Assembly (NCBI RefSeq): GCF_001194135.2
Contig: NC_068982.1
Coordinates: 115,149,548 to 115,213,547 of the forward strand
Length of the DNA: 64,000 bases
From: Octopus bimaculoides
Lineage: Eukaryota
Direction: 5' to 3'
A program made the position numbers and the translations under genes. Shown piece after piece: positions 1 to 33,600 of the stretch (positions are counted from its first letter, which is position 1; the number at the start of each line of letters is the position of its first letter). The notes below the pieces were generated by a model. It was given only the letters and a program-made list of their open reading frames with translations, searched no databases and was not told the DNA's origin.

Positions 1-110
1 CTGTGGTATTTAGTTACGTTCCTTCACATTTTGAGTTCAGTTCTCAGAGGCCACCTTTGCCTTCCATCCTGCAGAAAGCAATAAAATTAAGCACTAGTAG
101 AGTACTGATA
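1..110 (+). mobile_element. Fragment of SINE family B (same family as 13512-13723)
   Basis: similar to ...ttctgagttcaaatt...tttgcctttcatcc...taagtac. Confidence 0.55.
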
Positions 111-559
111 TCAAATAAATTGATTGTTCCTCTACATGAAGCTAGGAATCATTGTTACTCTTTTTTATTTTAGTCATCTTATGTTTATTATGTGCTTTCT
201 CTGTACAACTTAATGTATATCTATTGTCTTGGGTATTTGCAGTGTTTGGTTTTTGTTTTATATTGCCCTAAAAGTATTATGTGTAATATATATGCAATGT
301 CTTGTATTATTTTCTCTTTGTTGCATATATGTGTAAGTCCTGAGGTTTTGATCATGTGATTTTCTGCTTATTTTAAATCATTCCCAAGGTTGCTGGCACT
401 GTTGTTGTTATTTGCTTTATGGTATGATGATACACTATTTTTTATGTTCACAGCTTTTCATCTCTCCGAATCGATTCAGACAAACAAATCACCAATTCTC
501 GTAAAAAAATCTTTTTAGCTTCAGCAATCTTCCTTCTCTTATTTGCAGTTGATACAAAC

Positions 560-766
560 TAATGAGGACCCCTCTATTCAACCTACTTGAAATAGTAGCC
601 AAATATTCATCATGCCCTATTATTTTCAAAAAGAAAAGGATACACTGGATAGTGTTTTTATAGATACATTATTTCTGAATAAAAAGAGACCAGAAGATCG
701 TAATTGGAACATTTTTGATCATGTTTCTACTCAATCAAAGCTGACCTGGTGTTAAGCAACAATAAC
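560..766 (+). mobile_element. Old dispersed SINE-like repeat, 3' part
   Basis: ends gctgacctgg..taa(g/a)caacaa; related copies near 9885-10130 (-), 18770-18985, 25180-25330, 48330-48790. Confidence 0.55.
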
Positions 767-1022
767 TTGGTTTTTATTATCATCATCACATACATTATTT
801 ATTGTTGTTGTTGTTGTAGCCAGATAGATAAAGTGTTTCCAATTTAGTCTTAACTTTAGTTTTGATTCTTTGCTGGAATTATTTTGCATTCATTATCAAC
901 AATAGTACTCAGAAATACATTAACATCATGTCTCATTAAATCTCGTCAATCAGCCTCTTAAATTACTGTCCTAAATCATCATTTTTACCAGATTAACAAA
1001 TCTGTATTAGCTTCTCTCTCTT

Positions 1023-1095
1023 TTGAGACCATACCAGCGCAGTCATTTCTCATGTACTCCACATCTAATGCTTCTTATGTCCAACTTTTCTCTCA
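1023..1095 (-). mobile_element. RTE LINE ORF2 fragment
   Basis: near-identical to 5168-5232. Confidence 0.7.
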
Positions 1096-1115
1096 TTCTG
1101 AGTTCAATTCCAAGC

Positions 1116-1148
1116 AATAATAATAATAATAACAATGATAATAATAAC
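1116..1148. repeat. (AAT)n microsatellite
   Basis: direct reading. Confidence 0.9.
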
Positions 1149-1154
1149 ATCGAA

Positions 1155-1290
1155 AAATACCTTAGGAATGAGAACCCAGGTTCGAAATTTCCCCAACACA
1201 CCTGATGAAGGCTGGAGGGTATATCAGCTGAAATGTGTTAACAACAAACAAGATGAGGACAAATATCTGTCAAATATAAATAATGTAAAC
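1155..1290 (+). mobile_element. Short Penelope-like element remnant carrying a hammerhead-like core
   Basis: CTGATGA 1202-1208, stem GGCTG/CAGCT, GAAA 1230-1233. Confidence 0.55.
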
Positions 1291-1313
1291 TAACTTTCTC
1301 CCTAATTAATTGG

Positions 1314-1500
1314 GCTATGGGCTATGACCCTCTCTCTGACTCCCATCACCTGATCCAACAATTTGATACCTCTGTAATTATTCCTCTCTAATGTGTCACC
1401 TTTACCTTTGTAGCAGTTGACTATAGTACTGCTACTCCAGTCATTGGGCATGGCTCCTTCATGTATCACCTGGTTGACTATACAGGTGACATGATTTAAA
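1314..1500 (-). mobile_element. RTE LINE reverse-transcriptase fragment
   Basis: DWSSSTIVNCYKGKGDTLERNNYRGIKLLDQVM. Confidence 0.85.
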
Positions 1501-1874
1501 GTTATATACACAATGTATCTCTGATACTGATAACATTTTTCTTATTTTATTCAGTAAGTTTTCTGGAAGGAGTGATGCCTATGGCTTATGCAAGCCCTTT
1601 GAGACTAGTGGGATTGATGTTTCGCTTAAACTGCTGCAAATCAATGACAGCAGAGACATATACAAGGAGGGGATTTCAAAGGGAATTGAATTTGTAGACT
1701 CTTTTGTTGTCTGTCTTCTCATCATATTTTCCTTTCCTGTTTCAAGATGCTCCTTAGCTGCTGTGGACAAGAACTCTTATTTACAAATACACTCTCAAAA
1801 ACGCTCATGTAAGCAGAACTAGATACATACGTACACACACACTCATTAATATTCCTTTTATTGGATCTTTCTAG

Positions 1875-24635
<22,761 letters not shown>

Positions 24636-24838
24636 TAAATATTTTCTATTTTTAAGTCTTGTTTTTGATTTCTTATTCTGAAAATCACTAATCACACCTC
24701 ACCTGCTGTGCTGCACCAAATATAAAATTCCATGAAGTCACAGAAGTATTTAAATATTAGAAACTTCTCTCTTGGTTAGGAACACAAGTAATTTTTTTTT
24801 AGAGAATAAGCTTGAAATGGACATCCTTAATATATTAA

Positions 24839-24980
24839 CCCTTTAGCATTCAGATGACTGTCAAATGTAATGCTAATTCATTAACACTGTTTCGAATTAA
24901 ACCATTCATTATCTCAGGGCTTTGAGATATTGATATGATTATTTTTAGAATGACATTGTAGGGTAGGTGTGAGAGGCTAA
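24839..24980 (+). mobile_element. piggyBac-like MITE (one end) downstream of the ATM stop
   Basis: TTAA|ccctttagcattcaga; related copy 33240-33359 (-). Confidence 0.6.
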
Positions 24981-27087
24981 ATCATTTCACTTATAATACT
25001 AGCATTTTAAATATAAACTTCTGTATTAGGAAGTTTAGTTTTTCTTTTAAAGAACCAGATTGACACTTTTCAACATTGATCATTGAGCAGACAAGTGATG
25101 TTTTAGTAAACTAAGAAACATACAGCCTATACTGTTCACAATTATGTAGTTAATACAACATTTATTCAAAAGATTATCTCATAAGATGGTCACTTGAGTT
25201 GTTGTAAATAGCAGCCAAATCTCCCTCACATAATATTTAATTTAAAAGAGGACACATTAGAAAATGTAGTCATGTATACACTGTATCTGAAAAGAGAATG
25301 AAACAGTCACATTTGGAAAACTAAATCTTAGCTGTCCTGGGACTGAACAGGAAGCTAATATAATAATGGATTTCTTTTCTCATATAAATCCTGTATATTT
25401 AGGGAAAGAGGAAAATTGTAATGTTCATGCTTTTCCTCAAGGACATTAGTTTCAAGTTAGAATAGAAACTGTGTTGTATAGTTGACACAACAAAAGTGTA
25501 GGACTTAAAAAAAAGATGTGTGATTGGAGTAAGTGCTTGGCCAGGGAATAATAATGCAGTTGGAATGGATGACACAGGTTTATAGCTAACACTTAAATTT
25601 AGTCAGATACTAACAAATATCTGAATCTAGATATCCAGTACTAGATACTGCTATGGCAATTTCTGCAGTTCCCACTTATAGCTGGGTAACATCATCATGA
25701 TCAAAGTACAGTATTGCAATCTTATAGAACATTAGTTCACATCCATGAAACTATTACATGGTAATCATGGACACAACTGCAGTCATTTAAAGTTTTCATG
25801 CCTATTTAAACATTTTATTTTATACATTTCATATACAATTTAACTTCAGAAAATCATTTACAAGATAAAAGTTAACATGACAATTTCTTATAAAAATATA
25901 CTTAATCCCACAACTTGCTGTGCTTTTTTTTTTTTTTTTATAAACAATTGACATATTTGGAATAAAAACAGGTTTTATAAAAAGAAATTAAAGGCTAACA
26001 ATTCTAAGTTAGAAGGATAGAAAATGTTTCTTTTGGCTATATATCTAAATGTTCTTGCCACAAATGGCACCATACAAACAATTTCTATCTTAAATGCAGC
26101 TAAATTTTCCACTTGCATCTCTTCAATTTGCCTTAGACATATTTACAGTTTCACACTAAATACGAACAATTTCCTATATCGATAATGTCAAAGGAAATTA
26201 GAACAGTCTCTGATAAAATTTTAATCTTGCTAACAGAATTTGCAAACTTTTATTAAATTAATAAATATAGTAGACAGGAAAATAGATTTCTTGTTAGTCT
26301 TTCAACTGAAATGTCATTTGTTTTTTCAAAATAAATCCAACTGGAACCAACATGAATTCAGGCAAATCTTAAATTCATATTGTGTGATATATAGTAGAGG
26401 TAGAAGTGATAACCCAAATAGTATCCCATGTTTATGGTGGTTATTCCAGCTAGAAAAACCAGTAAAGCCAAAGCTTTAACCAAAATGATTACATAAAAAG
26501 CAGCATGGTAAAGTAAATTCAAGGAGCAACTTTAATGAAGAATTTTTATTATTTATTTATTTATATATAATCCATTAAAATTTACTTTCTGGTAGTTTGC
26601 TCTTTGGTAAAGCTGCCCACCATAAGTTTTGTATGTGCAATACCTGCTACACTGTATCAGCAGAAAATTGCAATGTTTCTTCTGTCCAGTCATTCACTAA
26701 ACAATTGTATCCTTGTAGATATGACAGTATATTCAGATGAAAGGAAGGAGTATGACACTTGCCATCTACGCAGGATTTATCACATGGGTAGGGGAATAGT
26801 AGTGGTCGTGGTAGAAAGAGAGCAGAAAATATCCAGCACACTAATTTTAGGAGAAAAATAGATTTAAAATATGGTCTCTGAGCATTTGTCAGTTGTCAAT
26901 GAAGAGATCAACAAGGCACTAACAAGATGTGAAGCTCAGAGCCAATCGTACTTCTAATGAGAGCATTTTATTACAAAAATAATAAATAATCATAATAGTT
27001 TCCACAACCAGAGATAAAACATTAGTGGCTGGAACAGCAGCAGCTATTGAGAGGAAAAACATATGTATTTGTATATAATAGATCTCT

Positions 27088-27096
27088 GTATGTGTA

Positions 27097-27166
<70 letters not shown>
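27088..27166. repeat. (TG)n(TA)n microsatellite
   Basis: direct reading. Confidence 0.95.
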
Positions 27167-27171
<5 letters not shown>

Positions 27172-27543
27172 AGTTAGAAAGAAATCAATGTAAGAAGCAA
27201 ACAAGAAAAGAAAAAGAGTAGCAAGTAAGTTGTTGTGTGAAGAGGAAGAGAAGTAGTTGGTAGTGGAGATGAGAAATACCAGTGAATCAAGAAAGTAACT
27301 GCATAATCTTTCAATATCTCTTAAAAGACATTTCCTTTCAGCAGTCTTGTTGGATTGACCTGGATACCAGGTTTATTTCATAAATCAGTGCTCTGACCCA
27401 TTGGCCGCCATAGCGGTGCTGCTCTCTCTTTCTCTCTCCCCCCCATCCCAACTCCAGCAAGAGCCATTGGGCAGCAGGGAACACAGTCACCCTGCTGGAA
27501 GTTGATTCGTTTATGATGGATCAGTTCCCAACAGAAATCAGCG

Positions 27544-27693
27544 TCAGCTTTTATTGGTAGAAGAACTTTTTTCATCCACATCTTTCTTTAAGTTCCAAAT
27601 AAGTTCTTGGATCTCTTGGCGCTTTGAATTAACTTGTTCTTCAGAGAACCAGTTATGTATTCGAATAGGAATGGTGAAGTCTTTTATAGGATT
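27544..27693 (-). CDS. SENP6: SENP6/7 last exon (NPIKDFTIP...NWF...TNKS*)
   Basis: tttcag acceptor, 150 nt including stop. Confidence 0.92.
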   Translation of the reverse strand, partial: NPIKDFTIPIRIHNWFSEEQVNSKRQEIQELIWNLKKDVDEKSSSTNKS

Positions 27694-30600
27694 CTGAAAA
27701 ACAGACAAATTGAAATTTAAAACAAAATTACAAATATATGTACACACAAGTGGGGGGGTCGGCAGTAGGAAAGGTATCCAGGTAAAAAAAAACTCTGACC
27801 TAACATGCTGTTGTCTCACCTATACAAGCATTGAAAAGTAGGTGCCAAAATGGCGACTGTATATACATAATTACTTTTGTTTTTATGTCTACTTTCTTCA
27901 TACTGACATCTGTTAAAGAAGGCATTGAGGCAGTATTTTACAGTTCGATGCTCATCCTTTCACTAAACCTTATTTTTCAAGTAAAGTATACTTATAGTTA
28001 TTTCATTTTCTGGCATAGTTTCTAACCGTAGAAACAGTTGGATGTTTGTCATAACACCAATCATGCACTGGGTGCATTTTATTGACACCAGCACTTGAGA
28101 TGTCAAGAAACAAGAATATGGAGGTAGAAACACATTGACTGAGGTGATGGGGAGAGGGAGAGAGAATCTTAGATAGTAATAGAGGTGGACAATTGTAAAG
28201 ACAGAATGATGGGTGTCAATCAATAATGACTGGCCCAAAAAAGAATGATGACTGGTGTTACAGAAAGTGATGGTAGAGTGTATTAGGTACAAGTTTGATG
28301 TAATCCTTTATACATAAGCCTCATGGTAAGCCAAAGAGGCAGTGGTGGGGATGCTAGTAAAGGAAAATTGAATATGGGGTAGTCCAATAACCTTGTACAG
28401 ACAAATATGGTATAGTGAACAGAAGGGATCCATAACTAGTCTTAGTTACACACACACAGGCACCACTGCATATACTTTTTATCTCTGGTTGGAAAGTATG
28501 AAAACATAGGTTAAAAACAAATTAAGATTATCAATTAATTGGCTTAGAAGAAAGCAATAAAACATTTGTGTATGATGCCTAAAACTAGCATTCCAGATAT
28601 GAAGATGATTATTTTTAAAACTATTTTTTCCATCATGGCATGGAAAAAGCATAAAAAGCAGACATGGCTTACTGAGGCAGTATTCTGTGGTTGGATGCCC
28701 TTTCTGTTGTAAAGGATTATACTTGCTTTTAAAGATATTTTTCCACTAGTTTTCACGCACCGAAACTGTCAAGTCACAGGATGTAGTGCTTATGGGAGAT
28801 GTAAGCAAACATCAACATTTTTACTTGTACTGTATCAATGTGAAGACACAGACAGAAGCATAAACACATATACATATCATCATCATTTTAATATGCTCTT
28901 TTCCATGCTGGTAGAGGCCAGATGAAACTTATGGAAATACTTTTTCTGAAGTTGGATGCTCTTCTTGTTGCCAACCCTCACTTGTTTCCAAGTATGGTAT
29001 TATTTCCCTTAGTCTTTCAAGCAATGAAGAGCTCAATGGTTGGACATATTTGCGGAAGGTTGTAAACAAATACCATTGCATAGAAAGTGATTTTGTTTAT
29101 AATTCAGTGAACATATACAGTAATCCCTCGACTATCACATGTTACATTCCAAAAAACCCTGTGATATGTGAAAATCCATGAAGTAAAAACAGTACTGTAC
29201 TGTATATTTTTTTTTTTATCATTTTTATAATTTGTATATAGTTATTTTATTATAAATGCAAAACAACACCATGGAGGAATCAATGTTAGCTTAAATAATA
29301 AACCGTGATATGGCAAGGGGTTACTGTAATGTTAAGACAAAAGGAAAACACAAACGCTTACTAAGTCAGTATGAAATATTAGAAATCTCATGGAGTGGAA
29401 ATGAACCTAAACTTCTGAAACCACATGTGTGTGTATGTGTACACACACATAATAGGTTTCCATCTACCGAATTTCACTGATCAGGTACTGACAATCTCAA
29501 GACTATAGTGCCTTGTGAATAAAATTTTTGTCACTATAATTTTACTGTAACATCATGTGGTAACTGGAGATTCAGTATAAGTTCAGGAATGTTACATAAA
29601 GTATACTGTAATAGCACGAATAGACAGTGTTAAGAAAAGATTGGCAATCAGGGTATGCTGCATTTTGTTCTCTGTCTTTATTTTAAATATAGTTAAAACA
29701 GTAAAAACAATTTCACCAGTTAACAGAGAGACTAGATGGATTAGGGGTTTTCAAACTGTGGTCCGCAAGGACAAGACAGGGGGTCTGTGGACAGCAAATA
29801 CTTTTTATGGGCAATTTGATTTTATATATGTTTTTTAATCAAAATCTTTTAATTGACAATAAACCTATTTGTTAAATACTGTTAAATAAATAAATGTAAA
29901 AATATATGTTATTTTAAGCAAATATTTATGTATAAATTTCATAAGCGTTTATATAAGGTAAAGCCTGAAATACAAAGTCAAAAAGTTTGAAAACCCCTGG
30001 ATTAGAAGACAAGCCCATTCTTCCAATAATTTACACCGATGTCTGAAGTTGTTCAATCTATTAACTTATGTGAGCATGCTGAGTGAAAAAAACAAACAAA
30101 ATAATCACCTTAAAAAAGCTTTCTACATATTGCAGCACATAAACCCCACAATCACTGTAGTTGTTCTGTTGAGGTACCTTTGGAACACCTCCTTTGATGA
30201 AGTCTTTGTCAAACGTTCGTTTAGGGGTCTTCTTTCTTGTGTCCCATTCAACCTGCAAATACCTGTTTTTAAAAAAAAAAAGCCATGACTGCATCAAAAA
30301 TGTAAAATGAGTTGAGAATTACCTTAATATCACAGAAAATGTCCTTCATTAAAGATGTATACATTTAATAGCTAATCTAACAAAGTACCAGCATGATTTT
30401 TTTTTCCAGCTATTTTACATTGTTTTCCTCACAGCATTTACCATTCCTTTTGCTAGCCACTCAGCTGTGAAGTAGGCATAGTACCTGTCTTTAATTGCTT
30501 GAGTGACAAGAACTTTAAATTACAGCTATTGTACCTTATACATTATTATATATTACAGCATTAAATGCTGGCTGATATTTAGATGTTAACACAAGCACAG

Positions 30601-33600
30601 ACGTAATTAAAAGACAATCTCCTTTTATCAACTACTACTACCAACAACCATTATCATCCTCATTAATGAGGATTATCACCATCCCATCTCAAATGTCCAC
30701 AATGACAAACATTACTCTATTTGCATAATTAACATCATTATACTTTCTTCACAAGACCATCATTACCAGCCTAAAGAGACTTAAAATGCTCTGTGTATTG
30801 ACAAAAAAAAAAGTCCACCTTTTCAAACACCATGGCAACTATAACCATCATTCAATTATACAAAGACTGAATAATAAACTACATGCCAGCTATCTTAATA
30901 TATTGAATACCATTCAATGAACTCCTGTGCCATATGAGCAGAGAACAGGCTAAGGGTTGGCATATCTGGGACATCTAACTACCTATATAAGTATGCAGGG
31001 TCAGATTTATGTATGAGCCAATATGGACAGTGCCCCCACCCCACCCCAAGACTGGAGTTGAGAGCAAGAAATAACTTGTAATTAATTTTACTTGCTTAAT
31101 TTGTTTTTCAATGATTTAGCTTTCTTTTGATTTATTGGGCCCTTTTACATTTAAAAAGACATTAATTTTAACCATGGCCCTTTTTATGATTCTGATTTGA
31201 ATTAGCTCTTTTTTTAAATAGTGCCTTTCAAAAAATACTTTGAGCACATGTTTTCTCCAGATATAAGAAGGCAGCCAACAGCAATACATTATGCAAAGAA
31301 ATGAATATGGCATCATCAACACGTCAGAAACAATCCAAGTGCTAGCAACTATTACAGTTATGGAGTATGCAAAAAAAATTTGTAAAAAAATGAAATTATT
31401 TACAAAATTATATTTGTTTTTACAATGTACATTCCTATTGTTTATAGTCTTTGTTATTTTGCTTGTGACAGCCAGATTTGTTAATTAGTTTTGACATATA
31501 CAATATGACTGACTTTAGACATCTAAACAATTGAAAATTACACAAAATCTTAGGGCCCCCAAAATCTATTGGTCTAGAGGCCCTACTAGGTCTAAATATG
31601 TATATGAACACAAGTCTGACTGAAAAACAGCAACTCATTACCCATCTCCCATGTAACAAAATGGTTTATATTTCCCAGGCAGCCATTTAGATATTCAAAT
31701 TTCTAAATTTACCTACACACTATCTACCTCAATTAAAAAGAACTCATGCTAGCATGGAAGGCAGACGTTAAATGATGATGATGAATTCTTAGCTACTCCA
31801 ACATTATATAACAATGTAATATAAGTGGCATACTTACTCTCGCAATGTTTTGACAACATTTGTTCGAGATGGTCCAGCCAGAGAATCAAATATCAAAATA
31901 CATGGCCTACAATGAAAAATTGGTTTTATGTTAGTAACACAAGATTAACTGTACAGTTTTCTGGAGTGGCACACATTTTTCTATACTAGCAGCAGATCAA
32001 ATATTGCTTCAGTTTACCCTTTTATTTGCCATGAAATAGAAATATTTTCAGTAACAAAATATAATAAAGAAAATAGAGTTAATGCATACTGCCACAACAC
32101 AATGGTTGTGATAGTTTTAGAAAAGACATCTATGAAAACAAACTCAAGTAGGAACTGTCTATTTTCAACTGACTTGAAGAAACTTCAAGTGATAAACCTT
32201 GTTCAAAATACAATGATTTATCTTTAGAAAACTTTAACTCCAGCACATTCTAAACGAATGAAAAAATGAAATTAGTGTAAAAATGTAAAGATAATGAACT
32301 AATGTGAAAGGTTATAATAATTAGTTCAAAGATCTGAACTGGAGAAAACTCAAGAAAGGAAACTATTGAACTTGTAATTAGGATGGAGCAATTGCTTGAC
32401 ATAACATGTAAAAACTAGAACATGTATATAAAACTAGTGTCCATTACCTTTCTCTCTCTCACACACACACACACAAGCAGATTGTTTCCAATGCAAGTAA
32501 AAATGACATTACTTACTGTTTAAATCCATACAACTCTGTATAAGACTCTTTGCGTATATCACAGAGTTTAATTGGTAGCTGCAACAGAAATAGTTTTAAC
32601 ATATCAAATTAAAATAATAATAAAAAAAAAACGAAATTATGATTTAAAACTAGTTATGATACACGCATGCACAATAATGGTAACCCATAAACACAACAGA
32701 CCAAATGATTTAATGATTACTTAATTCCAATACAAAACATACACTTTAGCATTATTATAAAGAGTTTGTCATTCTCATAATGGTTAAGCAATTAAGAACT
32801 TCACAGTAATTAAACGTATATTAGCTGAAAGGACCACCACTCCACTCCAGAGCCCACTGTATGACCTTTTACTTTGAAGGACCTTACATCCAGTAAGTGT
32901 TAAATGTAGTTTTGAAATCATTCTTTTTCTTTTACGCCCTTTTAAAGCCTAGTCAGGCTCATGGGCCCAGTTTTCCAGTTTCTATGGCGTATGTGTTCCC
33001 TCCCAGCTGGACGGGATGCCAGTCCATCGCAGCTTTACTCAAGAAACAGGAAGAAAGAGTGAGAGAAAGTTGGGGTGAAAGAGTACAACAGGGGTTGCCA
33101 CCACCTCCTGCCAGAGCCTTGTGGAGGTTTAGGTGTTTTCGCTCAATAAACACACAACGCCCAGTCTGGGAATCAAAACCGCAATCCTTCGACCGTGAGT
33201 CTGCTGCCCTAACCACTGGGCCATTGCGCCTCCACTTTTATTCTACATTAAGTAATTACACCATCAAGATCTTGAAGATATGAGATAATGCATGATTAAT
33301 TCAAATCAATGTGAATCAATAAACATTATGTTTGATAGAATAATCTGAACACTAATGGGTTAAAAAGCAGTTTTGTATTTATTTTCAAACACAGATATCA
33401 TCTACCTCAATTACTTCTAAAAACTATAATTCAAATCCTTACTTTATTAGTTTCATCTGATGTGCCTTCTGCATGAGCATTAAGTTTCTGTAAAGTGCTG
33501 CTGTCCTGGCTGGTAAGGAATAAATAGCGGACGGCTTGAGGATGCTCCATTCCAGGGAAACAAATGATGGCCAAGAACCAATGGGCGCTAATAAAAAGCA

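Noticed and set aside
32090-32249. Exon-like block with AG/GT boundaries in a SENP intron
   Set aside because: Both frames compatible with the neighbouring exons hit stops, and 32517-32578 already bridges the phases.
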